In this document: piece after piece, positions 31,411 through 41,238 of the stretch | How positions within the stretch are numbered: the stretch's first letter is position 1 | How the letters are laid out: each line of letters begins with the position of its first letter | Notes under the pieces: model-generated | The model's database searches: none | Told to the model about the DNA's origin: nothing | The model's input: the letters and a program-made list of their open reading frames with translations, nothing else | Source of the DNA: Trueperaceae bacterium | Lineage (GTDB): Bacteria > Deinococcota > Deinococci > Deinococcales > Trueperaceae | Reading direction: 5' to 3' | NCBI GenBank assembly: GCA_965213705.1 | Contig: OZ243913.1 | Span: forward strand, 1,184,001 to 1,248,000 | DNA length: 64,000 nt | Made by a program: the position numbers and the translations under genes

Positions 31411-31480
31411 TTAACCGATAAAGCGGTTAATCTGCTTTGATTATGCGCTTAATCTTACGAGGCATTTTTATTTTTGTCAA
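31411..31480 (-). promoter_or_regulatory. Sigma70 promoter with LacI-type operator(s)
   Basis: TTGACA-17-TAAGAT; palindrome GATTATGCGCTTAATC at 31439-31454, weaker copy at 31418-31431. Confidence 0.7.
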
Positions 31481-31660
31481 GCATCTATCCCTGCGGGGGA
31501 CTGCTACAGAACTGTCTTGTGATTGAGCCCAAGCTCAGTGTGGAGGTCGACTGGAAAACGTGATAGCTAAAGGGCTATCTTTCCCAACCCTTGTCCTTTA
31601 GTGCAAAGATATAGAATAATTGTCGTAAAATCGCTCAGTACCAAAGTCAAGGGAGTCATA

Positions 31661-32452
31661 ATGCAAAAGTTAATCCACCGTTTTGCAATAGTCGCTCTTT
31701 TAGCAGCAACTGTCGCTTCTGCTCAAGACACAGCGACACCTGTAACGCTACCAGAGGCGGTGACGTTTAGCCAAGTCCTGGATCTCACCCAGCCGATGTA
31801 TGACGGGATGCCGTTCTGGCCCGGCGGGGTTCCATTTACAATGACGCGCCTTGTCGACTACGCGGAGGGAGGCTACCGCCTTCACAAATTCGAAGTAGGA
31901 GAAAATACCGGAACACATATAGATGCACCCTCTCATTTTATTGAGGGCGGCACCCCGATAGAAAACATTGCTCTCAACCAGCTCGTCACTCCGGCAGTGG
32001 TTATCGATATTCAGGACAAGGTCGCTCAGGATGAGGATTATCTGTTGAGCGCAGATGACATACGAGCCTGGGAAGCTGAGCACGGCGAAATTCCCTCAGG
32101 TGCGCTCGTTATTCTTAATACCGGTTGGTACAAGCGTTTCGGCGAACCGGAGCGTTACATCAATATGGATGCCGAGGGAGTGATGCGCTTTCCCGGCTAC
32201 GGACCCGATGCGGCCGAACTTCTTCTCGAGCGCGATGTTGCCGGCATCGGCATCGACACCTTGAGCCTTGACAACGGCTCTGCCGAAACATTTGCCACCC
32301 ATGACATCATGCTTGGGGCCGATAAGTATCAAATCGAAAACATGGCCAATCTTGATGCGCTTCCACCTACTGGGGCAACGATAGTCGTGGGTGTGCTGCC
32401 AGTGCGCGACGGCTCCCAGGCACAAGCACGAATTTTTGCGCTACTGCCTTAG
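31661..32452 (+). CDS. Cyclase-family (kynurenine formamidase-like) metallohydrolase with signal peptide
   Basis: ENTGTHIDAPSHF, GIGIDTLSLD, IENMANL. Confidence 0.9.
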   Translation: MQKLIHRFAIVALLAATVASAQDTATPVTLPEAVTFSQVLDLTQPMYDGMPFWPGGVPFTMTRLVDYAEGGYRLHKFEVGENTGTHIDAPSHFIEGGTPIENIALNQLVTPAVVIDIQDKVAQDEDYLLSADDIRAWEAEHGEIPSGALVILNTGWYKRFGEPERYINMDAEGVMRFPGYGPDAAELLLERDVAGIGIDTLSLDNGSAETFATHDIMLGADKYQIENMANLDALPPTGATIVVGVLPVRDGSQAQARIFALLP

Positions 32453-32703
32453 AGAGTGGCCTGAGTCATCTTTCTTGGTGGTGAGCTATCCTCTGGGACA
32501 AACTTGGGCTAGCTCCTACCCAGACACCGGTATCTGAGAGGCGTGGTTACAGCGAGTTGGATAAGGGCGAGGTGAGATGGTTGGGCCACCGTATGCAAAC
32601 GATGTGTCGTTCAGTCAGCCAAGAAAAAGAACAGAAGGGGACCCAACAAATTGACTCTCCCGCATTGACTGTGCTTGTTTTCGGTTTTCGTTCAGAACAA
32701 CTC

Positions 32704-33127
32704 ATGAGCACAATTCAAAGATGAATTCTATTGGGCGTTTCAACCCTTTTTCATTCCCGGTTATTGGACCGACCAAGTTGAGGGCAACAGCGTAGGTCTC
32801 GCCGTTTTTGCTCATTCCAACGGCAGTTCCGGCACCTGCCCCACCTGTCTCGTCTCTAGCTTGCGGGTACACAGCTATTACGTCCGCACCCTCAAAGACC
32901 TACCCTCTACGGATCAGCAAGTAGCCCTTTGCTTGCGCGTGCGTCGCTTCCGGTGCCTGAACAGTGCCTGCCCCAAGCAGGGCTTCGGGGAAGCCCTGCC
33001 CACGTTTTTAGAGGTCCGTGCTAGGCGTACTGAGCGCCTACAATCGGTTCAGGCTGCGGTTGGAACTGCGCTCGCTGCCGAGGAGGGTGCGCAGGTGGGG
33101 GGTCATGGGAGTAGTATACTGGGTTGA
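32704..33127 (+). pseudogene. ISL3-family transposase N-terminal fragment
   Basis: CPTC...VHSYYVRTLKDLP...LRVRRFRC.N.AC...RARRTERL. Confidence 0.85.
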
Positions 33128-33678
33128 CCGTGAGGCGGTTTGCGCCGTGTTAGCTCGTCAACTATAGTTCCTCTTTACGGTGTTAGGGGGGGTTTTAGAA
33201 TCCTACACGGCCTCCTGAACCCCTCAAAAACGCGGTAGCTTCACTCATGGACGATTTGAAAGTCTTGACCGAGACTGTGCCCGAGCGGGCCGCGGCCTTG
33301 GGCGAGGTGCGCCTTAGACACGTGCCTTGGGCCGCCGTCGGGTCGGGTGAGTTGAATCTGTAAGACTTTGTCAAAGGCATCTATTTGGACAGAGTCAGGG
33401 ACGGAATGGCTTATCTTGAGCACCTTCTCGAGGAGGGTGGTGAGGCTTGAGGGGTGGGGGAGAGGCGCACTCCAAAAAAAAACTAAGTTGTAGGATATTT
33501 CGCTGAGTTCATCGACATTCCTTCGCAAGCCCGGCCCCAGCGCACTCATGAGAAATGTCATTTAGGGCAAACAGAGGGAAATCCTATACTGCAGCATGGA
33601 TTCTCTCTCCAACCAACAACTCGAAAAGGCGATGCGGATAAACGCCAACTTAGGTGCTGACAAAGTCGGACGTCAAAG

Positions 33679-35781
33679 GTGAAAGCTACCGAGGCCAACT
33701 TCCTGGAGTTTCTTAAGAAGTCACCTCAGTTCGTCATCCCCATCTACCAGCGCACCTACAGCTGGACCGAACGCGAATGCCGCCAACTCTGGGACGATAT
33801 TTTGCGCACCGGCGACAACGACGCCGTCTCGGCCCACTTTATCGGCTCGGTCGTCTACATCGAGAAGGGACTCTACCAAGTCTCGAGTCAAAAGCCCCTC
33901 TTGGTCATCGACGGCCAACAGCGCCTGACCACCATGATGCTGGTCCTAGAAGCCCTGGCCCGGCAACTCGGCGAGGGTGAACCGGTCGACGGCTTCTCGG
34001 CCAGAAAGCTGCGCAACTACTACCTGCTCAACCCGCTCGAGGACGGCGAGCGAGCCTTCAAGCTGTTGCTTACCCAAACCGACAAGGACAGCCTGCTGGC
34101 CGTGGTGCAGCAGCGACACCTGCCCACAGAGCACTCATTCCGGTTGATAGAGAACTTTGCGTTTTTCGAACAACAAGTCAGGGGGTTGCGGCAGGACTTT
34201 GTCGCGCTTTGCAAGGGCCTCGCCAAACTTGTCATCGTGGATGTCTCCTTGAGCCGCGAGCAAGACAATCCCCAACTCATCTTCGAGAGTATGAACTCGA
34301 CCGGCCGCGAGTTGAGCCAAGCCGACCTCATTCGCAACTTTATCCTTATGGGCCTGGAGCCCGCCCACCAGACCCGGCTCTACGAGGACCATTGGCGGCC
34401 GATGGAGCTGGCGTTCGGTCAGGAAGCTTACGGTGCGCACTTCGACAGCTTTATGCGGCACTACCTCACGGTCAAAAGTGGTGACATTCCCAACGTCCGG
34501 CAGGTCTACGAGGCGTTCAAGACCCACGCCCGCACCCCCGTGGTGGCCGAGCGGGGTGTGGACGCGCTGGTCGCCGACATCCGGGCTTACGCCGACCACT
34601 ACTGCGCGATGGCGCTGGGCAGAGAAGCTGACAAAGACTTGGCGCTCGCTTTCCAAGACCTGCGCGAACTGCGGGTCGACGTGGCTTATCCGCTACTCCT
34701 CGAGCTGTACCACGACTACGCGGACGGGACGCTACCCAAGCCGGACTTTGTGCAGGCCGTCCGCCTTGTCGAGGCTTATGTTTTCAGGCGCTCTATCTGC
34801 TCGATTCCCACCAACTCGCTCAACAAGACGTTTGCCACCTTCGGCCGGACACTGAAGAAAGACCGCTATCTGGAAAGCGTGCAGGCGCAACTGCTCTTAC
34901 TACCTTCGTACCGGCGCTTTCCGCTCGACGAGGAGTTTGAGCGCGAAATCAAGGTGCGCGACCTTTACAACTTTCCGCGTCGCAGCTACTGGCTGCGACG
35001 GCTCGAGAACTTCGGCCGCAAGGAGCGAGTGCCCGTCAACGAGTACACCATCGAGCACATCCTGCCGCAAAACGAAAAGTTGTCCGGTAGCTGGCGGGAA
35101 GCGCTCGGCTCCGACTGGCAAAGTCTTCAAAAGACGTATTTGCACACCCTCGGCAACCTCACCTTGACGGGTTACAACTCCGAATACGGCGACCGGCCGT
35201 TCGTTGAAAAACGTGACATGCCCGGGGGGTTCAAGGAAAGTCCGCTTCGGTTGAATGAAGGTCTGGGTGCGCTCGCTACCTGGGATGAAACGGCTATCCG
35301 AGCACGAGCCGAGCGGCTCGCAAGCCAAGCCGCCAGGGTATGGGGCGCGCCGACGCTGACCCCGGAAGTGCTGGCGGCTTACCAGACTCAGGGTGCGCCG
35401 AGCCTGGGCTATAGCTTGGACGACCATCCGTATTTGGTCTCTGGTCCGATGCAACCCATCTTCGAGGCGTTTCGCCAAGAGGTGCTGGCTCTTGACCCGG
35501 TGGTGACCGAGGAGATTTTGAAGCTTTACGTGGCTTATAAAGCCGAGACAAACTTCGTGGACGTCGTGCCACAAGCTAAGCGGCTGCGTTTGTCTTTGAA
35601 CCTGCCCTTCCCGGACATCTACGACCCCAGGGGCCTGTGCAAGGACGTGTCAAACGTCGGGCGCTGGGGGAATGGGGATGTGGAGGTCGGTCTCTGCGAG
35701 CTTGCCGAGCTACCTTACGTGCTGGGGTTGGTGCGGCAGGCGTTTGAGAAGCAGATGGGGAATAGCGAGTTGGTGGGGTGA
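33679..35781 (+). CDS. gmrSD: GmrSD-type (type IV) restriction endonuclease, DUF262 + DUF1524 + C-terminal DUF5655-like domain
   Basis: IPIYQRTYSW, IDGQQRLTT, IFESMNSTG, HNH-like TIEHILPQ / LGNLTL..YNS. Confidence 0.92.
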   Translation: MKATEANFLEFLKKSPQFVIPIYQRTYSWTERECRQLWDDILRTGDNDAVSAHFIGSVVYIEKGLYQVSSQKPLLVIDGQQRLTTMMLVLEALARQLGEGEPVDGFSARKLRNYYLLNPLEDGERAFKLLLTQTDKDSLLAVVQQRHLPTEHSFRLIENFAFFEQQVRGLRQDFVALCKGLAKLVIVDVSLSREQDNPQLIFESMNSTGRELSQADLIRNFILMGLEPAHQTRLYEDHWRPMELAFGQEAYGAHFDSFMRHYLTVKSGDIPNVRQVYEAFKTHARTPVVAERGVDALVADIRAYADHYCAMALGREADKDLALAFQDLRELRVDVAYPLLLELYHDYADGTLPKPDFVQAVRLVEAYVFRRSICSIPTNSLNKTFATFGRTLKKDRYLESVQAQLLLLPSYRRFPLDEEFEREIKVRDLYNFPRRSYWLRRLENFGRKERVPVNEYTIEHILPQNEKLSGSWREALGSDWQSLQKTYLHTLGNLTLTGYNSEYGDRPFVEKRDMPGGFKESPLRLNEGLGALATWDETAIRARAERLASQAARVWGAPTLTPEVLAAYQTQGAPSLGYSLDDHPYLVSGPMQPIFEAFRQEVLALDPVVTEEILKLYVAYKAETNFVDVVPQAKRLRLSLNLPFPDIYDPRGLCKDVSNVGRWGNGDVEVGLCELAELPYVLGLVRQAFEKQMGNSELVG

Positions 35782-35801
35782 CGCGCCAAGGAGACAAGAC
35801 A

Positions 35802-36221
35802 ATGGAAGAACGTCTCAGTGCGCTGGCCGCGTTCCTACCCCGGTTCGAAGAGCCTGACTTCGCCTTTGGGGAATGGAGTCAACCCGCCACCGTGGAACCC
35901 GGCGTGATGGTCATGCCCTACTACGCCTACAGCGACACGGCCAACACCTTTGTCGAGATGGTTTACGAGTTCGACTGGATTGTTGCCGACCTCGACTGGC
36001 CCAGTTGGAAAGGCACGCCCGAAGCGACCGAGCTGCGCGACGACCCGGAAAAGCTGGCTCAGGCAACCCTTGGGCAGCTGGCAAAGCTTCTCACGGTGCT
36101 GGTTCGCCAGGACCGCTTTGTCGAAGGGGCGCTCGCCGGGGCTTACGAGGCTGGCCTCCTTACCGGGATTGTTCAGCGGGCCGCTTGGCTCGAGGTGGAA
36201 ATGACCGGAAACCAGACATAA
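35802..36221 (+). CDS. DUF6508-like protein
   Basis: PYYAYS..FV....DW..W..LLTVLVRQDRFVEG.L. Confidence 0.7.
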   Translation: MEERLSALAAFLPRFEEPDFAFGEWSQPATVEPGVMVMPYYAYSDTANTFVEMVYEFDWIVADLDWPSWKGTPEATELRDDPEKLAQATLGQLAKLLTVLVRQDRFVEGALAGAYEAGLLTGIVQRAAWLEVEMTGNQT

Positions 36222-36496
36222 ATTGCTTTCCGAAGGTTTTTAATCTTTCTCGTATTTGTAGCCGAGGGCGAACGAGCGCCTCACCATGCCCGCGGCAACT
36301 TAGCGAAGACCCAACACTGACGACGGCTGCTCACAAGGCGCGTGTTATTCTTTCCAGAAGGCCATAATGCCCAAATACCGAGGAAACAAAAAAGGTAGTC
36401 GACCGAGCCCTAGCGGCTTCTCGAGGTGTGATGTCGACGCTGCTCAAGTGGAAAAGTTTGGAGATACTGGGTGCCCGTTGAGATAAAAAGCGTGTC

Positions 36497-38911
36497 ATGG
36501 CGATAAAAAAGACCGAACTCTACAGCTCGCTCTGGGAAAGCTGCGACGAACTGCGCGGCGGCATGGACGCGTCTCAGTACAAAGACTATGTGTTGACGCT
36601 GCTCTTCATCAAGTACGTCAGCGACAAGTACGCCGGGGTGCCCTACGCGGCCATCACGGTGCCGGAAGGTGCGAGCTTTGCCGACATGGTTGCCTTGAAG
36701 GGCAAGACCGACATCGGCGACCAAATCAACAAGAAAATCATCGGCCCGCTGGCAAATGCCAACCAGCAGTTGTCCCAGTCCGACTTTCCGGACTTCAACG
36801 ACCCCGTCAAACTCGGCAGCGACAAGGAAATGGTCGAGCGCCTGAGCAACCTCATCGGCATCTTTCAGCGGCCTGCTCTGAACTTCAGCAAAAACCGCGC
36901 CGACGGCGACGACATCCTCGGCGACGCTTACGAGTACCTCATGCGTCACTTTGCCACCGAGAGCGGTAAGAGCAAGGGACAGTTCTACACCCCCGCCGAG
37001 GTCAGCCGCATCATCGCGCAAATCGTTGGCATCAAAGACGCGCAGACCAGCAGCGGCACTACCGTGTACGACCCCACCTGCGGCTCGGGCTCGCTGCTTT
37101 TGAAAGTGGCCGACGAGGCCGCTACTCGGGTCACGCTCTACGGGCAGGAAAAAGACGCCGCCACCTCGGGCTTAGCGCGCATGAACATGATTTTGCACGA
37201 CAACTCGGAAGCGTTGATTGTCCAGGGCAACACTCTCGCCGACCCGAAGTTCAAAGACGGCACCGTCCTCAAGACGTTTGACTTCGTGGTCGCCAATCCG
37301 CCCTTTAGCGACAAGCGCTGGAGCACCGGGCTCAATCCCCTTGAAGACCCCTTCGAACGCTTCAAACATGACGGCGCGCCGCCCGCCAAGCAAGGAGACT
37401 ACGCTTATCTGCTCCACATCATCCGCTCGCTCAAGAGCACCGGCAAGGGGGCGTGCATCTTGCCGCACGGCGTGCTGTTCCGGGGCAACGCCGAGGCCGA
37501 CATCCGCCGCAACCTGGTGCGCAAGGGCTACCTCAAGGGTGTTGTCGGACTACCCGCCAACCTCTTTTACGGCACCGGCATCCCCGCCTGCATCGTCGTG
37601 GTGGACAAAGAGCATGCGCACGGCCGCACGGGCATCTTTATGGTTGACGCGTCTCGAGGCTTCAGCAAAGACGGCAACAAGAACCGCCTGCGCGCGCTGG
37701 ACATCCACAAAATCGTGGACGTGTTCAACCGGCAGGTGGAAGTGCCCAAGTACGCCCGCATGGTGCCCTTTAGCGAAATAGAGAAGAACGAGTACAACCT
37801 CAACATTCCGCGCTACATCGACAGCCAGCAAGAAGAGGACGTGCAGGACATCGAGGGGCACTTGAAGGGCGGCATCCCCCGCGCCGACGTCGACGCCCTC
37901 GAGCTCTACTGGCAGGTCTGCCCGGCGCTCCGTGGTTCGCTGTTCAGGGACAAGCGCCCCGGCTACGTCGAACTGACCGTTGGCAAAGACGCCATCAAGC
38001 CCACCATCTTCGAGCACGAGCAGTTCGTCACCTTCACCTGCACCATGAGCAACCTGTTCGAAACCTGGCAAGCGCGGAGCAGCGAGAAACTTAAAGCCTT
38101 GGAAGCAGGCTGCCAACCCAAAGAAGTCATCACCGAGTTGGGCGAAGACCTGCTCGAGCATTACCAGAACAAGCCCCTCATTGACCCGTACGACGTTTAC
38201 CAGCACCTCATGGATTACTGGGCCGAGACCATGCAAGACGACCTTTACCTGATTGCCGCCGACGGTTGGAAGGCGGAAACCTACCGCGTCATCGAACGGG
38301 ACAAGAAGGGCAAGGGGAAAGACAAGGGCTGGGCCTGCGACCTCGTACCCAAACCTCTTATCGTCGCCCGCTACTTTGCCGCTGAGCAAGAAACCATAGC
38401 TAAGCTCGAGGCCGAGCTAGAAATGGTCGCCGCCGGGCTGACTGAACTGGAAGAGGAACACGGTGGCGACGAGGGCGCGTACGCAGAACTCGAGAAGGTA
38501 AACAAGGCGAACGTGACCGCACGGCTTAAGGAACTTAAAGGTATGTTCGGCGACGACTCCCAAGACGAGATGGACGCGCTGGAAGCCTGGTTGAACCTTT
38601 ACACCCGGCAGACCGACTTGAAAAAAGACCTCAAAGACGCCGAGGCCGAGCTTGACGCCAAAGCCTACGCCAAGTATCCGACACTTTCTGAAGACGCCAT
38701 CAAGACCCTAGTTGTAGACGACAAGTGGATGAACACCCTGCAACGCGCCATCTCCGGCGAGATGGACCGCATCAGCCAAACGCTGACAGGTCGTGTGAAA
38801 GAGTTGGCCGAACGCTACGAGACGCCGCTGCCTGTGCTCGGCGCGAAGGTAAGCGACCTCGAGGCCAAGGTCGGCGCGCACCTCCAAAAGATGGGTTACG
38901 CGTGGGACTAG
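36497..38911 (+). CDS. hsdM: Type I R-M methyltransferase subunit M
   Basis: GQFYTP, YDPTCGSG, VANPPF, LPHGVLFRG, NLNIPRY. Confidence 0.97.
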   Translation: MAIKKTELYSSLWESCDELRGGMDASQYKDYVLTLLFIKYVSDKYAGVPYAAITVPEGASFADMVALKGKTDIGDQINKKIIGPLANANQQLSQSDFPDFNDPVKLGSDKEMVERLSNLIGIFQRPALNFSKNRADGDDILGDAYEYLMRHFATESGKSKGQFYTPAEVSRIIAQIVGIKDAQTSSGTTVYDPTCGSGSLLLKVADEAATRVTLYGQEKDAATSGLARMNMILHDNSEALIVQGNTLADPKFKDGTVLKTFDFVVANPPFSDKRWSTGLNPLEDPFERFKHDGAPPAKQGDYAYLLHIIRSLKSTGKGACILPHGVLFRGNAEADIRRNLVRKGYLKGVVGLPANLFYGTGIPACIVVVDKEHAHGRTGIFMVDASRGFSKDGNKNRLRALDIHKIVDVFNRQVEVPKYARMVPFSEIEKNEYNLNIPRYIDSQQEEDVQDIEGHLKGGIPRADVDALELYWQVCPALRGSLFRDKRPGYVELTVGKDAIKPTIFEHEQFVTFTCTMSNLFETWQARSSEKLKALEAGCQPKEVITELGEDLLEHYQNKPLIDPYDVYQHLMDYWAETMQDDLYLIAADGWKAETYRVIERDKKGKGKDKGWACDLVPKPLIVARYFAAEQETIAKLEAELEMVAAGLTELEEEHGGDEGAYAELEKVNKANVTARLKELKGMFGDDSQDEMDALEAWLNLYTRQTDLKKDLKDAEAELDAKAYAKYPTLSEDAIKTLVVDDKWMNTLQRAISGEMDRISQTLTGRVKELAERYETPLPVLGAKVSDLEAKVGAHLQKMGYAWD

Positions 38912-39945
38912 CCGCGACGACCGAGTACCAGGGGCTTCTCGAGCGCATCTTGCAGACCTTTGAGCGGGGCCGCGCCCAGGCGCTCGGCGCGGTCAACCGC
39001 CAGCTTTTAGAGACCTATTGGCAGGTCGGGCGGTACATCGTCGAGTTTGAGCAGGGCGGCGAAGAACGCGCGGAATACGGCGCGGCGCTATTAGACACAC
39101 TCTCGAAAGACCTGAAGCTGCGCCACGGTAGGGGTTTTAGCCGCAGCAACCTCGTCTACATGCGCCAGTTTTATCTGGCCTACCCAAAAGGTGTGACACT
39201 GTCTGACGTTTTAAGCTGGTCGCACGTCATCGAACTCTTGAAGCTCGACGACCCTTTGGAGCGCGGCTTTTACGAACAACAGACGGCGCGCGAACGCTGG
39301 TCGGTGCGGGAACTCAAACGCCAAAAAGAAAGCTCGCTCTTTTTGCGCCTTGCCAGCTCCCGCGACAAGGCGGGCATCTTGCAGCTTGCCCGAGAAGGCC
39401 AAACCCTCACCCAACCCGCCGACCTCTTGCGCGAGCCCTACGTCTTCGAATTTTTGAAGGTCGCCGAGCCCGCACAGGTCTCCGAAAGCCAGCTCGAGGC
39501 CCTCCTCTACGACCACCTCCAGGCATTCTTGTTAGAACTCGGCAAAGGCTTCACCTTCGTCGGGCGGCAGGTCCGGGTGACGGTAAACAACACCCACTAC
39601 CGCGTAGACCTCGTTTTCTACCACCGCATCCTGCGCTGTTTCGTGCTCATCGACCTCAAGCTCGGCGAGGTGCAGCACGCCGACATCGGCCAGATGAACC
39701 TCTACCTCGGCTACTTCGCCAACGAGGAGAACATCGAGGGGGACGGGCCGCCCATCGGCATCATCTTTAGCCGCCAAAAAGACGAGCTTCTGGTTGAATA
39801 CGCTACCTACGGCATGAGCAGCCAGCTTTTCGTGCAGAAGTATCAGCTCTATTTGCCGGGGCGTGAGGAGCTGAGAGCCGAGTTGGAGCGGACGCTCGCG
39901 GAGGCGGAAAATATGAGTGGAGAAGGGAGAATTGAAAATGGATAA
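38902..39945 (+). CDS. YhcG/DUF1016 PDDEXK nuclease
   Basis: TYWQVGRYIVE.EQ.G..RA.YG, LSWSH, EPYVFEFL, FLLELGKGF, DLVFYH..LIDLK, GQMNLY. Confidence 0.93.
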   Translation: MGLAATTEYQGLLERILQTFERGRAQALGAVNRQLLETYWQVGRYIVEFEQGGEERAEYGAALLDTLSKDLKLRHGRGFSRSNLVYMRQFYLAYPKGVTLSDVLSWSHVIELLKLDDPLERGFYEQQTARERWSVRELKRQKESSLFLRLASSRDKAGILQLAREGQTLTQPADLLREPYVFEFLKVAEPAQVSESQLEALLYDHLQAFLLELGKGFTFVGRQVRVTVNNTHYRVDLVFYHRILRCFVLIDLKLGEVQHADIGQMNLYLGYFANEENIEGDGPPIGIIFSRQKDELLVEYATYGMSSQLFVQKYQLYLPGREELRAELERTLAEAENMSGEGRIENG

Positions 39946-41141
39946 TTCTCAATCCTCCACGCTCAACTCTCCACCGGTTCCTGCGGGGTACAAGCAGACG
40001 GAGGTGGGGGTGATACCGGAGGGCTGGGATGTGACATTTCTTGGGGATTTGTTGAGTGAGAAGCCAAGCTATGGAATAAATGCGCCAGCAGTTGCTTTTG
40101 ATTCAAGGTTTCCAACCTACTTGCGAATAACGGACATTTCTGAACAGGGTCGTTTTATTCATGAAGCAAAGGCCTCAGTTAATCATCCTGCGAGCACAAA
40201 TTATGGTTTGAACGCTGGCGACCTCGTTTTTGCAAGAACCGGGGCCAGTGTAGGCAAGTCTTATCACTATCGCTCTGAAGATGGTGAATTGGTTTTTGCT
40301 GGCTTCTTAATTCGGTTCAGTCCAGATAATCAAAAACTAATTTCCGAGTATCTCAAATTTTACGCGCAAAGTGGTTTTTATTGGAACTGGGTAAGGGTAA
40401 ACTCCATGAGGAGCGGACAACCCGGCATCAACAGCCAGGAGTATGCTTCACTGCCCGTTGCCCTCCCGCCCACCACCCTCGAGCAACAACTCATCGCCGA
40501 AGCCTTGAGCGATGCGGACGCGCTGATTAAGGGACTCGAGGGGCTCATCGCCAAAAAACTCGAGCTTAAAATAAGGTGCCATCCAGGAACTGTTACGCCC
40601 AAAGGACGGATGGGCAGTTAGAACTTTGGGCGAAATTGCATTTATAAAAACCGGAGGGCGCAACAACCAGGATAAAGTCGAAGATGGAGCGTATCCCTTT
40701 TTTGTTCGTTCCGCTACGGTGGAACAAATCAATAGTTACTCGTACGACTGTGAGGCCATCCTCGTACCTGGTGAGGGAGGCATTGGAAGCATATTTCACT
40801 ACATCAACGGTCGGTTCGACGTACACCAGCGGGTTTATGCCCTTACGCAGTTCACTCGAGAGGCATGCGGTAAATTTGTCTATTTTTATATGGTCAATTA
40901 CTTTGGTTCACACGCAATGCAAAACTCAGTGAAAGCAACAGTAGATTCATTACGTCTACCCACGTTTCAAAACTTCGAGATTTCCATGCCACCAACCCAT
41001 AAAGAACAAGTCGCCATCGCCACCATCCTCTCCGACATAGACGCCGAAATCACCGGGCTCGAGGCCAAACTCGCCAAAGCCCGTCACATCAAGCAAGGCA
41101 TGATGCAAGACCTCTTGACAGGGCGGGTGCGGCTGGTATGA
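39938..41141 (+). pseudogene. hsdS: Type I R-M specificity subunit split by a +1 frameshift near 40570
   Basis: GYKQTEVGVIPEGW; TRD1; spacer GAIQELLRPKDGW continues in another frame; ends KQGMMQDLLTGRVRLV. Confidence 0.9.
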
Positions 41142-41238
41142 GCTTGTCTGAGATACTCTCCGCACTGCGGAGACTTTGCAAACATAAACGTTTGGAGGCG
41201 AAGTTGCAGCACGTACACCAGCTCGAGGAGCCCGGCGC

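Noticed and set aside
33186..33238. GGGGGGGTTTTAGAATCC resembling the Tn3-type MITE end
   Set aside because: Similarity is short and no partner IR was found
33241..33561. 106-aa minus-strand ORF, possibly a SIR2-like C-terminal scrap
   Set aside because: No convincing motif or start signal
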